From assembly GCA_965112155.1 (NCBI GenBank), contig OZ218112.1: a stretch of 64,000 nucleotides of DNA; one strand, given 5' to 3'. The first letter of the stretch is position 1, and every line of letters begins with the position of its first letter. Below are positions 36,822 through 50,822 of the stretch, one piece after another. Origin of the DNA: Podarcis liolepis. Lineage: Eukaryota. A program made the translations under genes and the position numbers. A model generated the notes under the pieces. That model worked only from the letters and a program-made list of their open reading frames with translations, did no database searches and was not told the DNA's origin.

Positions 36822-39284
36822 CATTGTTTACAGATATGGCCTAATATTCTGATGCAGAAGGGGAAAGGTTCCAAGTAAGATAACTTTGAAACAAGGAAGA
36901 TTCAAACATCAACACCACACTTCAAAGGTTGACAAGTTTGTTGGTGTTCTACTTTTTAGTGAAATCTGAAAGTGATTTCATGCCTTCGGTGCAAACTGGT
37001 GTTCCTGTCAGCTGCTGTAGACTTCATACATTGGGGGGAGGGTACAATTGACAATACCATAAATAAAAATCCAACTTAATCTACTAGTGTATGGCTGGTT
37101 GGTTTTCTTCAACACCATTCAGGAAACAAGTTACTATTAACTAGTTCAGCGAGTCATGGAAGAAGCTCACATTTTTGTCAATTCTATTAATAAGCTAGAG
37201 AATTATACAGATCACCCTGACATTTGAGGTACTCACTGCTTTTATAGTCCAAAGAACAAATGATGCTGGAAGCTGTTTAAATGCACAAAAATAAAATGAA
37301 AATGTAGGATATATCAAAGAGAGAAAGGATCTGCAGGGGAAAGCAAATGTGATCAGCCCATTCTTATGGAAATTCACTCTGTCTAGACCTTCCAAAAATG
37401 CTACTTTACTGCTAGTCAACAAGAATGGATACAGCACAATGCAGAAGACATTGACACTGGTATCAAGGCAGATGCCATTAATATATGTATATTAAATTAT
37501 TCTGTTCATTTCTTATTCATGATGAACAGAATACATTTTTTCTCACATTCTTCATATCATTTACGAAGTCAAATCCACCTCATGTGTTGGCAGAACAAGA
37601 GAGAGAGAGAGAAGAGAGATTTCAGTTTTAATGGTGTCCTTTTTCAGCTGGACTGGGAGCACACAAGTTGTGGAGCAAGCTCTGAAGGAACTTACTAGGA
37701 GTACATTATATATTTTATATATTAAACACATTTATACTGAACACTTCATCAACACTGATACCAGAGCAGGATGCAATATATGGTAGGATCGACAGCCAAA
37801 TTTGTACAGCAATAAAACATTGAAACAGACTAATCAAAACAAATGCAAATAACACAGAGGAAGGCAGCTAAAAACAGCAAGGCAATCCTGTCCAATCCCA
37901 CACTTAAAAATACTTAAAATGCCTTTGCTAACAAGCAAGTTTAATTTCTGTGAAAACTGTAACATAGGAACACAAAAGCTGCCTTCTACTGAAAACAGGC
38001 TATGGGTTCATTTAGTGTCCAGACTCTAGCTTATTATTACCTACACCAGGTGGACAAGGAGATCTTTTTAGCTCAAGAGCCATATTCCCTTCTGGTCAAC
38101 CTCCCCAGGGCCACATACCAGTGTGGGCTGGGGCCAGAGGAAAAAGTGAGCAGACCCATGTTCATTAATTTCACTGTTGTACAGTATGCTAGTTCTCCCT
38201 CACCCACCCACACATTTTTTAATTTTGGTGATGGGGTGCCAACATGAAGTGATGCTTCATTTAATTAAGTCAAATCCAGGATCTCCATACATATTAATGA
38301 GCATCCTAATGAGCATTAATTTTTGATGCTTCTTCATTAACAAGCATTATAAGCCATGACAAATGCCTGTTTGACTGAATGCCAGAACTCTGATGAGCAG
38401 TGTCTAAGCGTTGCGAGGGAGGGGGGCATACTCTGGAAAGTCATCCACTGGGATTTGAATGCTAGACGAATGCTTGGCACTCGCAATGTCAAGTAGGCAA
38501 AAGTAAATGCCACGCCAGGGTACCTGCCAGTGCCCTTTTCTTCCATGTGTCTAATAGAGAGAAAAGCAGTTGTGAGCTGCAAATAACTGGCCTTAATCAT
38601 TTCATTTCAAGCTATAGGGGAAAGAAAGAAAGAGTGAAAGAAAGAAATTTTTGAATGCTAGAGTTGAAGGGAAACAATTTAGACTGAATAAAGTTCTTCT
38701 ATGACTTTTTAAAGCTGCACTTCTTGAGTAATGATTTTATCATCATCATTATTATTTACTTGCCTAAGATAGGGCAATATCTAGAAGACTTACAATCAAG
38801 TTTAAAACCATACAGAATTTTAATATATTAACAACTGAAGCAAATCATAAGGATGTGTAAATGTCTTTGTGGATTCTCTTGTTTATTTACTGGCTATATT
38901 TATATGTAACCTTTCCTCCGGGGAGCTCAAGGCAGTATACATAGCTCTTTTCCTTTCCCCTCCATTTTATCATCACAACAATCTTGTGAGGTAGGCTTGG
39001 CTGAGAGGTTGTGACTGGTCCTAGGTCACCCAGTGACCTTCATGCCCAACTGCGGATCTGAACCTGGGGCCAATCTGAAGGCAATTTGTTGCTGGGCTCT
39101 TCTCAAACCTGGAGCCAGTTTTGGTTTCCCCAGCACCTGAACCTGAAATGATATATGATGGATGAGAGAGATGTGAACATCTCTGCCTACCCTATGGCTA
39201 ACACTACCCTAGCTCCAACATTAACTTATCTCTGCCTTTCCCACTCAATAAAAAGTGAAGCGAGAAAGTGTCTGACCCCCCCCC

Positions 39285-39725
39285 CCACTTGTTGGCATCC
39301 ATCTGTCTTGTGAGACAGTGGAGGATTGTTCCTTTGAGGGTGAAGTCAAGCTGTTGGTAGGTTGCAGTGCCTGCTGTGGCTGTAGAGACTGAAATGCAAG
39401 AGACAGGTTTTGTTGCAGCTGGAGCAGATGGTGTCCTGTTGTGCTGCAGCAGATGCACCATGTTGTTTTTTTCTCCCTGCGCTCCTCCCAGCAGTCATTC
39501 CTCCTCTGGTCACTGCTATGGATACAGGACTTGACTGCCTGTCTCCAGGCACTGGAGGATTCCCACATGGACGGGTTGATGTTGCCAGCCTTCATGTCAC
39601 GTTTGCAGACATCTTTGTAATGTAGAGCTGGTCTGCCAATTGGCCTGGTGCCAGAAGACAGCTACCTGCAGAGCATGTCATTGGGGATCCTGTCGTCTTC
39701 CATTCTGTGGACATGACCAAGCCAG
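39285..39725 (-). mobile_element. RTE-clade LINE 3' fragment (not Bov-B)
   Basis: Minus strand reads WLGHVHRMEDDRIP..., KRDMKAGNINPSMWE and a terminal CSSCNKTC...LYSHSRHC zinc-finger-like motif. Confidence 0.8.
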
Positions 39726-40673
39726 ACATGAAAGGTGTTGTCAAGGAATAAGAGTGAGTCCCCTTCCGGTGGTGGAGCAGAGTACTCTGAAATGGAAGGG
39801 GACAGGCCCATCCCAGAAGCCTCATCATGTGATGAGCTTACTGGGTCAGTATCCCCCTCAGCCAAAGGATGTGGAGATGACTTTGAGGACTCCACAGAGG
39901 ATTCAGCGTAACCAGAAATTTCCCTGCTCCATTGTCATATATAGGAGAATAGGAAGCTGCCTTAGGAAGCTGAGTCAGACCATTAGTTCATCTTGCTGAA
40001 AGGCAGTGACTTTCTGATTTCAGACCGAAGCCTCTGAGACCTTCTGCTTGCAAGGTAGATGCTCTACCACTGAGAATAATGGAGAAGCTGCATCCTTTTA
40101 AGCAAAGTACAAGTGTACTGAGAATGATGGAGGTGGGGGCAAAGTCATCTTTTAAAACATATTTTAAAACTGAGCCACAGGTGACATCCATGGTCCAGGT
40201 GAGGTCTAAGTCCAGAGTGTTTAATGTTAATTTCTAAAGGGGTGGAGCAAACTTGTCCCTTTGGCAGGATAAAGGAGCACCCTTCTTTCTGTCATTCAGG
40301 ACCTCTGTGCAAAGCAAAAACAACACCCATCAATTTAGGGCTCCTCCAGCCCCATGTGGCCTGTTTATATACCGCTCATCCTGATTTGCTTCCACAATTT
40401 TTTTGCAGGGATTAGACTAATTCCAAACTTCATTAAGCATTATCTTTGGTTCGTTTATAGTGCTGTTGTACAACAATGAGCATTCATCCTGGCTTGCTTG
40501 TGGGATGTTTGCATGATTTTGCATTACTCATGGATTCATCCCACATTTTTTAGTGCATTTCCCTGTCTCTTAACTTACTGCAAAAAGTCTATTGTGGCTG
40601 CAGTTTTAAAAAGTGAATTCATTGTGCTAGGGTGCTTTAGTATACTACAATTGCACAAACCTAAATTTCCAGT

Positions 40674-40738
40674 AAGACAGGAGGGCCTGGCGTGCTCTGG
40701 TCACGAAGAGTCAGACACGACTAAATGACTAAACAACA
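40674..40738 (+). mobile_element. Very short Bov-B 3' end insertion
   Basis: GCCTGGCGTGCTCTGGTC...CACGACTAAATGACTAAACAAC; 11-bp TSD AAATTTCCAGT. Confidence 0.85.
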
Positions 40739-42454
40739 AAATTTCCAGTGTGCATTTGAATTCCTCCCACAAAATACTGACAGTCTGGGGGCACCATTAG
40801 TTTGCTCTGGGAATTTTGGGGGACATCCCAGTGGAGCTTCATCCCTGCTTTGCATTTGAGTTTTCAAACAAGGGTTGTAGCCTGCCAGGCACGTAAGGCT
40901 GGTGGAATGTTTAACTACTCTGAATCTCTAAAACATCTTTTCTAGAAGTGGCAGGCAAGTCAAGTTGTTTCCATGTCAACAGAGGTAAAGGGGAAAAAAA
41001 GGAGGAAGTAAATGGAATGTGTTTCTTCTGTAAACATAGCATATCAGCCATAGCCCACTGAAAGAGAGAGGGGGGGTGCACCAAGGGGAGAACCAATATA
41101 AATATGTATCGATGCCTGCCTACACACAAACACACACACACAATACAAATGGGGGGAAATGGATGAACTGGTGTGTTTAAATTCAAACTTAAGAAATCAC
41201 ACCACACAGGGCCTTATTTACATTTGTTTGTTATATTTTATATCAAGCAAGGTGGAGCACACGTTTCTCCAATTTCTCATTTAATCCCCACAGCAAATCT
41301 GTGAGGTTGGTTAAGTTGAGAGGCAGTGACTGGCCCAAGGTCCGCAAAGGAGCTTCCTGGCCTAGCAGGGATTTAAACCCTGATCTCCCAAGTTCTAATA
41401 CCCAAGTTCTGATACCCTAACCATTATACCCAGTGCTCTTTTTCTAGAAAGAAAAGAGGTGCGAAACTCACCATGAATGCCTCCCTTGTTCTCTTATAAT
41501 GGCAATGGCGCCCACCTGGGAGGTGCCAGAATTGAGTTCTGGCTGGGGGGAAAGCCCGGATTACACTACACTGGTTCTCCAATAAGAATTCCTTGTTCAT
41601 ACTGCAGAAGAATATCTCCCAATATTCTTCTTCAATATTAACAAGGAGTACTTCTTTCTTTCTTTCTTTTTTTAAAAAACCCCATGGATTAATTTAAAAG
41701 GGAAAGAGTTATTTGCACTTCTGAAGGATAATCAGTGCCTTATTAGGTATGCCAAGCAAATGCCATGAAAGAGGGGCAGAGGTGGTTGTGGGAGGATTTG
41801 TAGAGAAAGCAAGAGATTAGGAGAAGGGGGCGGGAAGGGAGAGCAGAGGGAGCTTCCTCCGGGAGAGTCCCATCATCTTTCTCGTGCCAGAATATACAAT
41901 GAAAGAGACAGCTTGGTATTTTTGGCTGGGTTGAGGAGCAGGAGTGCTATTAAGTTTCCCAATAAAGCCTGTTCTTCTGAGACAGCCCCTCACAGTTATG
42001 CAGGCTCAGGCTGTTTGGATAGAGCAGATAAGCTTTAGTTAAGCCTCCACATTTCCAAGCGCTTATCTGAGCCACGCTGTATATTCCAAGAAGCATCCAT
42101 TTTGACACACATTACCATTCTGGGAGGGCTGAAAACAGACAGAGTCCCTGACTTTGCATAAAGCTGCACCAATTCAAAAATCCATGGAAGGAAACAGGCA
42201 CACACACACACACACAAATATATATGTATTTCTGAGCTGGAATGCCTGCCCAGACTTAGGTGGCACCATGGGCAGTTGAATTTTGCCATAATCATAAGCA
42301 AAGAGTATTGCTTCCCTTGGGAGGAATGTAGATGGGAATCTGCAATATACTATGTCAACTTGTCCATCTAGCCCAGTATTACCTGGAACAGACTCCATTG
42401 GGAAGTTGTGGACTCTCCTTCATTGGATGTTTTTAAGCCATCTGTCATGTATGC

Positions 42455-42750
42455 TGTTATGTATTCAGTGGCCTGTGTTTGCCTGAGCTTGAGTCTGGAC
42501 TAAGGATTCTGAGCCCCTGTGTTCTGATTCAATACATGATATCCAATCACAGAACATTTCAGGATTTGGGCCTCTGCCATTGGCCCTTAATCTCTGCATC
42601 ATGATTCACAGCTTGGAATCATGTTGGGAGTGGGGCTTCAGAAATGTATATAAGCAGTTGCTTTGCCCCTGTTGTCCAGTTCTGTTAGTTCAATAAAGAT
42701 TCTTGCTGTTATCACTGTGTCTTGCTTCATGGGAACCCACCTACACTTCA
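42455..42750 (+). mobile_element. Probable solo LTR inserted into a CR1 3' end (~42395-42800)
   Basis: TG...CA termini, TATATAA ~42647, AATAAA ~42692; CR1 tail sequence resumes on both sides; TSD degenerate (tatgc/gatgt). Confidence 0.6.
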
Positions 42751-42847
42751 GATGTGTTAGTTGAGATTCCTTCCAATTCCACAGTTCTGTAATTCTATTC
42801 TTCTAGCTACACTGACCTGCAGCAGTTCTTCAAGTTCTCTGGCTGAG

Positions 42848-43340
42848 GAACATAAGAACTTATGAAGCTTCCTCATACTGAGTCAAGCTATTGGGTCAGC
42901 TTGCTCATATTGCCTACACTGGCTGGCAGTGGCTCCCTGGGATTTTAAACAGATCTCTCCCAGCCCTGCTTGGTGCTGCTGGAAAGTGGGAACTTATGTG
43001 TGCAAAGCAGATGTTTTGCTGCTGAGCTAAGGCCCTTCTCCATCCATATCATAGAATCATAGAATTGTAGAGTTGGAAGGGACCCTGAGGATCATCTAGT
43101 CCAACTCCCTGCAATGCAGGAATACGTAGCTGTCCCATATGGGGATCATATGAAGCTGTGTTATTCTAAGTCAAGCCATTGGTTAATCTAGCTCAGTATT
43201 GTTTCCCCTGCCAGTCAGTGGTTCCCCCAGGCTTTAGACAGGGGACATTCCCAGCCCTACCTGGGGATGCCAGAGATTGAAACTGGGACTTTTTGCATGA
43301 AAAGCTGATGCCTCACCACTGAACTGCAGTCCTTCCCATC
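42848..43340 (-). mobile_element. Cluster of SINE fragments with CR1-type tails (Squam3-like) plus a CR1 3' end at 43050-43125
   Basis: Motifs gaagctt/gcct..tactgagtcaag..attgg.tca.ctagctcagtatt and catagaatcatagaattgtagagttggaagggacc. Related pieces at ~15390-15540, 39945-40075, 47778-47850, 50990-51080, 54060-54305 and 58088-58230. Confidence 0.6.
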
Positions 43341-45471
43341 TTTCTCATCTTTTACACACCTTCCAGTTTATCCTTTTACCTGGAGAGGTTAGCAAATAGC
43401 CATCATCATTCCAAATGCAAAGCATGAGCTCTGCGACTGAACAAATGCCCCTCCTCTAGTGGTGGTGACGAGAGCAGCAGTGAAACGGGTAGGCCATTTC
43501 CTCAAACTGATGCTGAAATGTGGTGTTCTGAATTTTAACGTTGGGGGGAAATGAGAAAAGGAGAGTTTGTGTGCATTAATGACTTAAAATGCAGTGAGGC
43601 TGCCCCCCCCCCCACTGCAATTCATGTCACGTTTTATGTTGCTGCACACACATTTACTTGGTTACCTGATTTGCTTCCCTGCACCTGCAACCGTTCCAAC
43701 TCCGCTTCAATGAATCCCTCATCTTCGCATGTCTAAAATGTATCTAAAATATATCTAAAATGTACACATTTCAGTTTAATCATGGCATGTTTTCAATTCA
43801 AATGGAAGCTGTTTTGAGGGAGAACAAAAAAGCCAGCAGTATTTCTCAAGAAACTACAGGGTGTGTATGGATTGAGGCTAATGTCATGTGCATTCGGCTT
43901 CAAACACCAGCAGTGAAAGTGTGCTGGAGCCAGAAAAACTGGAATTGACAGATTTGTTCATCCCTGCTCCAAATCTCCCCATGCTTGATAATCTTGGATG
44001 AGCTAAAAGGATCCCCATGAGTTTCAGAAATCTTCTTAGGGCTCCTGTGGTGACCACCCTGCAGGGGCTTACAGCAAGATCAGAGAAGCAAATTCTGACG
44101 TAGTTTGTGCACACACCATACATTTAAAGGACATTTTGCCCCAAAGAAACCACGGAACTATAGTTTGTTCAGGGTGCTGGGAAATGTAGCTCTGTGCAGT
44201 GTATGCTGCAGTTCCCAGGATTCTTTTCAGGGTGGGTGAATAAAGACATTCATGTGCTTTCAGTGTGTGATGTGTACATAGTCATATCTTCTAGATCTGT
44301 CTCCCTATCATGCCTAGAAGACAATATTTGGAAATGTCCACCTAAATAAATAAGAAGCAAGCCACTTGTATGTGACAAAAATGCACTATTTTTCTGTCTT
44401 TTCAATTGTCAGCACACAAATGATGATGCAGTAAACATCTTCATAACGCATCAGGTTGCAGCTGCATTTCGGGGGAGGGGGAATCCAAATTCAATAAAAT
44501 ACAAATGGTGACACGTTCATGACTTATTTGAAAAGCACGGATATGTGTAAAGGGATCTGCCACAACAGGATTAAAAGAGTACAAGGTGTTGTGTTTGTTG
44601 AGTATTTGATTGTCTGTCTTGTCAGTGTAATTCTGTAACAGCTGGAGATTTCTGCACGTCAACTTGTAGGTTTGTGCTCAATTTCACATTAGCAATAAAT
44701 CAGTCCATATGTACGCTTTTCTTTTTCAATTTACTGCAACATAAGTTCATTAAATCACATTGTGAATGGGGGACAACATGCCAAGAACTAAATAATCCAG
44801 TGGCTCATGCATTTGAAGCATAATAAGATTATGTATTGGAGATGTCCTCAAGTTGTGGGTCCTGCACAGTCATTTAATGTGTGCATGCTTTGGGAATTTG
44901 ATCTTTGCAAACTCCTACACAAATTGCCCTAAGGGGTATTTCTTAGGACTGATGTCTGGAACTTAGGCGGCAGTCTTGCGTGACAAGGCCATGTGACCCA
45001 TTCGCTACCAATGTAATGAAGCAGAATGTAGACAAGTCAAGACAGCAGAATGTAGGTTTTGCGGGGTTAAGATAGGCCGAAACTTTATTGGTTACAGATA
45101 TGAAAGAACTGAGGAGAAGTGCTGGGCTGGCCTCAATTTATTCCTCAGCAGGTGGACACAATGGAGGCCCACTGGCCTGCAGTCCTCCCCAGCCAGCTGC
45201 CAGATTGTGGCTAGGCTGCAATGCTGCCTGACAGTTTAAGGTAAGTGGACTTAAAGTCTCAAGCTGAACATAAGGCTAATGGAACTTACTACTGAATAGG
45301 ATTGTGGCCTGTCAGTGATCATACAGATTCTGCACTCCCCCAAATGTGGTAATGCGGTTTAAACTGTCTTAAAATATGAATTAAAAGGTGAACTTTTGCC
45401 ATAAGATATGTTGATTTTGAGAGGAAAACTACATTGTGCATTTATTAAAATACACAAGGGGCTTTGGAATA

Positions 45472-45692
45472 CAGTAAGCCTGCAACTTATGCGCATTTAG
45501 CTTGTGCGCATTCAGCTTTATGAGTGAAACAAAAAAATGAAGAAAAAAGCAGTGGAAACAGGGCAGGGGTCAGTGGAAAATGACATTGGCAGTCCCACCT
45601 GCCATTGAACCCAGTGGGTTTTGACTAAACACAATTTTGGCTTTAGGCATGATCCCCAGAATATAACCCCTATGTAAGTTGCAGGCTCACTG
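45472..45692. mobile_element. TA-target MITE, family B
   Basis: TIR CAGTAAGCCTGCAACTTA / TAAGTTGCAGGCTCACTG; TA flanks. Confidence 0.85.
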
Positions 45693-45705
45693 TACTTTTT
45701 AAAAA

Positions 45706-45964
45706 TTGTTGTCGTTGTTTAGTCGTTTCCAACTTCGTGACCCCATGAAACATAGCACGCCAGGCACTCCTGTCTTCCACTGCCTCCCACAGCTTGGTCA
45801 AACTCATGTTTGTAGCTTCGAGAACACTGTCCAACCATCTCGTCCTCTCTTGTCCCCTTCTCCTTGTGCCCTCCATCTTTCCCAACATCAGGGTCTTTTC
45901 CAGAGAGTCTTCTCGTCTCATGAGGTGGCCAAAGTACTGGAGCCTCAGCTTCAGGATCTGTCCT
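45706..45964 (-). mobile_element. Bov-B LINE 3' fragment
   Basis: Minus ORF MRREDSLEKTLMLGKMEGTRRRGQERTRWLDSVLEATNMSL; homologous to 34159-34456. Confidence 0.92.
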
Positions 45965-47105
45965 TTTTTTAATTAAAAAGGTGCAAATTGATGCAAAAGT
46001 GGATCTAATATGGCACGATGAGAAATAGGCTGATTTGGCCATCCCTGGTTTAATGCTTAAATGAATATTTGTTTACTTTGCACACTATCTGATCACAGGG
46101 TTAGGCTGTGCTTAAAACCCCATAGAAATTCTCAAGCGCCTTGAGAATGAGTCAGAAAAATAGAAACCTTTCACACATAGGAATAAAACTTTCAAAAAGC
46201 TAGAATATACATATTGACACGGCACTAATCTTAACAGACTGATCCTGCAAAAAACAATAATGTTTCATTCTTTAAAAGTTGTGTACAGGGTTTCTTTTGA
46301 GATTATCCAGCATCTTTTATAATCTTTAGGAGGAATGCAAACATATTTGAACTTATGTGTTTCAATTCTGAGCTGTTATCTCTCAAATTAACTGCTGTTA
46401 ATGTCAGGTCTGACCCTCTGGTGGACTTGATGAATCACATTAATAATCATTTTCAGTGGGCTGCTGAATTATTTTTTAAAAACCATTTATTAGCTACAAG
46501 ATTGTTCTGACCTGACAATGAAGAATAGCTGTAAACCTGCAATCAAATGGTGGCTGATTTCAAATGGTGTTAAAAGTGTAAGAAAAACGCTGGGGCCTAA
46601 ATTGATCACTAGAGTGTTTGGTATGTGGTGGGCGGGGCTTGTGTGTTCTACTCCGGAATCAGCCCCTCCCTTCAGTCTGTGTTCCCTTAAGAATGTCAGT
46701 TAAGAGGGACCAACTGCCTCTTCTTGTTTCTTGCCTCAGATTTGCCTTATGTTGTTGTATTTAGTTTCTCTCATTATGCAGTTTTGATTATTATTAAAGC
46801 TTAGTTTATATTTTTGCGAGCCTCTTATTTTTCTCGAAGAAACTCTGCTGAGGAAAGGGATGGAATGTCCTAAACTACATGAGTGAGGGAATATTCCCAG
46901 TTTGCCAGGAGGATTGATTTTGTTAACCATCCTCACTGCCCCCCCCCACACCTCCACGACAAAAAGATTGCTGAAATAAGATTACAGACAAGATTCAATG
47001 AGGAAAAAGTTCAGACTGCAAAGGGGAGAAAAATGGTCTTCATTTACTGTATATTTAATGATTTTTAAAACTCACTGGTTTGCAACCACAACTCACAAAG
47101 TGTTT

Positions 47106-47531
47106 TGTTATGCCATGCCATGCCAATCTCCACGAGCAGTGTGAGATTCCAGGGGTATTAGGCGTGCTTACCAGGGTCTGTGTTCCCTTTCGGGACAGTG
47201 AGGCACCACAGAGACTTGTGGTGTCTTTATATGGTTTATTTACACATATATGTAACCTGCACCTAAATGGGAGGATTGTAGAGCATTCACATCCTAAGAG
47301 GGGCTGGTACTTCCCAGCAGCACAACATTGGATTCAGAGGCCTCCTAAGCATCACCCCTTGTCTAGTTCTGCCCGCTTCCTCCTCCTCCTTTCCAGCAAC
47401 ACTTGCAGACAACAACTCTTCTGCTTCCAGCATCTTGCCCCCCACCCCAGTCACACTGGCAACCTACTCAAGCCCACTGCAAAAGGCCCTTTTCCCCTAT
47501 TGTTTACACCAGACCATTGGTAATCCTACCA
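47106..47531 (-). mobile_element. Possible LTR remnant
   Basis: Starts TGTTA; gagacttgtggtgtctttat...tttatt block resembles the motif at ~62078-62095; boundaries uncertain. Confidence 0.4.
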
Positions 47532-49883
47532 AAAAAAAAAACTACTGGGAAGAGAGTCTGATATTTTGCCAATTGCTCACCATTATCAAACAAACCAGAT
47601 CCTTACCAACCTTTTGCTTCTTCAAGACCCACCCACAGCAAACTGTTTCATGAGGAAGCTAGCCAGTATTCTTTCCTGCCCTTGCTAAATTAATAAATGT
47701 ATGAGTTTGCTCAAATTCTAATCCTTCACTGAATGTAGAGTTTATGGGTGTTCTACCCCCCTGGGCAAGTTATAACAGTAGGAACACAGGAAGCTGCCTT
47801 ATACTCTATCAGACCATCTAGTGGTCCATCTACACTGTTTGGCAGTGAGTCTCCTTTCCTAGAGAAATTGTGTGTGCCAAAACACACACATAAAGGGTTG
47901 GAGTGGCATTGCTACTAGGAAGCAATAGAGGTATCCATGTCTAAACCAGATTATATATAAATTCCTCCACACAGCTGCCACCTCAGAAGTGTTTAGGCTA
48001 TCCTGAAGGCCTCAGATACTTTTAAAGCCCCATCAGCGACATCCTTTAAAACCTAAATGGCTTACCTGCTCATGAAATTGTCTCATGAATGCAGTGAAGT
48101 AGCATCCTAGAATCATATTTACTTAGCTGATGAGACCAGATGAATGAAAATGTGTCATCTGTTCACTCCAGGCAAAATGTATGGTATATTGCTAACATCG
48201 CATATTTAAAATAATTTTACCCAGATTTAAAATCTAGGGCAAAAACAAATATGTCCTCCTAATCCCGGAACACACGGCAACCGTCGGAACTGCAATAAGT
48301 GATTTAAAGCTTAAATTCTGTATTAACTGCCCGGCACACATGGAAGATTTTCTTTGAAATAATAATATGGAAAGGCTCCAAAGTCATTAACCACTAAACA
48401 AACTATGGGGAAAAGAATTTTTGGAAATGCCTGATCTTGAAAACACAATAGTTTCACTTTTTATCTCTTTAGCAAAGCTGCTTAAACTCTACACAATTGG
48501 AAGAGCCACCACCAGCTTTTCTAAGGAAGTTTGAGAACAGCCCACTACATTCCTTCAGATTGCTGAAGATTTGAGGGAACAGCAAAAGTAATACTGTTTG
48601 TTAGGTCTGTCTCTGCATCTTTTCCTCACCATCTGGTGAGGACCTTACTCAGAGTTTGGCTCCCCTCTTTCATTACAGGAAGCCATTCTGTTTGCTTTGT
48701 TTTACATACAATGTTGTCTCCCCTGTATTTTCTTTCCTCCTCTTCTTTCTCAGTCTCATAAATCTTTCCTCCCATCCATTCTCTTGTATTAGCAATTAGG
48801 GATTAGCGATGGCACACCCTAGGCTCAAGTCGGGGCCTCTTCTGGGAATGAATCTCTCACTCCTGTTGCCTAGTGTGACCCTGCACCATAACAGGATTCA
48901 ACACTGGGCAACACCCAGTGAGGGGGTTGGGGTGTTTCCCAACCCTGATGGAATGCTATTCCAACAGTATGGTCTGAGTGGAATGCCCTGCAATCCTACT
49001 GCCATGCCAACATCTCTCCCCACCTAATAATCATTAAGGATTTGGCCTGTTTTCACCAAACACTTGGTCTCCTGTGTTGACTTTCACAGGCCACAAAATG
49101 TGCCTGCCTGGGCAAACCATTTCTGCACCCTCCCTGCAATCCTTCCAATGTGAGGTGTTCCCACTCACCTAGAGTCCAACCAGCACTTGGAAAATCAAGA
49201 CATAACTTGCAATGGAGAGGACTAATCCACACTTAACCTTTTGCACCACTCTCTTCAGGCGCTCATCTACTTTTAAAAGCTCCGTGTCTGAGCAGTTTTG
49301 CTTTGTTTTGTTTGTTTTGTTTTGCCCTGGAGCTTTGCCCCCGAAAACGCACTCTTTGGCACCCAACTGGAGCAAATGTCAATTCAGGTTTTCTGGAGAT
49401 TGCTGTTTACTCCAGTTGAACTTTAAAGAACAGGTGAGGACCATGCCTGGCAAGAGCATAGCAAAGGTAAGTGTGGATAAGCCCAAAGTTACAGGGACAA
49501 GCAAACTCAGCTTTGGTTCCCTGCCCTTTTTAAACCCATCATGAGCTAGAGGGCAAACCTCTGAACCAGGCCAGGGGATGTACTCAACTCAGGAAAGATT
49601 CCTCACGTGGTTAAGAACTCAGGAGTTATATTTATGGTTATCCTCGAGCAAAGTGAGATTCCACTGTGAATCAGCTAAATTACCATTCATCAAGAAGTTG
49701 AATTCTTTTCATTTGGGTGTGAATAGGGACAATGGCTTGCTCTACCACAACTGATGTTAATTAATTCATCATGGCTAAGATGGTTGTATTGTAATCTATC
49801 ACTCTGAAGGGTCACTGCTTATTTTGCCTGCATTTAAGTGCTAATTTAGTTGTCAGTAGCTGTACTTATTTTTTTCAATTCTC

Positions 49884-50021
49884 NNNNNNNNNNNNNNNNN
49901 NNNNNNNNNNNNNNNNNNNNNNNNNNNNNNNNNNNNNNNNNNNNNNNNNNNNNNNNNNNNNNNNNNNNNNNNNNNNNNNNNNNNNNNNNNNNNNNNNNNN
50001 NNNNNNNNNNNNNNNNNNNNN
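49884..50021. other. Assembly gap (138 N)
   Basis: Run of N adjoining the expected repeat tail of the following L2. Confidence 1.
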
Positions 50022-50822
50022 TGCGTTTGTCCAGCCACTCTGGGCGGCTCACAGCATATATCAGAGCATACTAAAACATCAAACATTTAAAACTTCCCAA
50101 TACAGGACTGCCTTCAAATGTCTTCTAAAAGTCAGATAGTTGTTTATTTCCTTGACATCTGAAGGGAGGGTGTTCCACAGGGAGAGTGTCCCTACTGAAA
50201 AGGCCCTCTGCCCGGTTCCCTAGAACCTCGCTTCTTGCAGTGAGGTAACCAGAAGAAGACTCTTGGAGGAGGACCTCAGTGTCCGGGGTGAATGATGAGG
50301 GAGGAAACTCTACTTCAGGTATACAGGACCGTGGCTGTTTAGGGCTTTAAAGGTCAGGACCAACACTTTGAATTGTGCTCGGAAACACACTGGGAGCCAA
50401 TGAAGCTCCTTTAGGACTGGTGTTATATGGTCCTGGCGACCACTCCCAGTCACCAGTCTAGCTGCCATATTCTGGATTAGTTGTAGTTTCTGGGTCGCTT
50501 TCAAAGTTAGCCCCACATAGAGTGCACGGGGGAGATAACCAGAACATGCACCACTTGGGTGAGACAGTCTGCGGGCAGGTAGGGTCTCAGCCGGCGTACC
50601 AGGTGGAGCTGGTAGACAGCTGCCCTGGACACAGAATTGACCTGTGCCATGTACAGCTGTGAGTGCAAAATGACTCCCAGACTGCACACCTGGTCCTTCA
50701 GGGGCACACTTTCCTCATTCAGGACCAGGGAGTTCTCCATACCTCCTGTCTCCCCAAAGCAGTACTTCTATCTTGTCAGGATTCAACCTCAATCTGTTAG
50801 CCGCCATCCATTCTCCAACCAC
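50022..50822 (-). mobile_element. L2-clade LINE 3' fragment
   Basis: Minus ORFs read ALYVGLTLKATQKLQLIQNMAARLVTG...HITPVLKELHWLPVCFRAQFKVLVLTFKAL and LGVILHSQL...YQLHLVRRLRPYL. Confidence 0.92.

Noticed and set aside
43445-43470. CTCF-like motif (CCACTAGAGGAGG on the minus strand)
   Set aside because: Only a partial consensus match; not supportable without ChIP data.
49846-50086. ORFs containing X runs
   Set aside because: They span the assembly gap.
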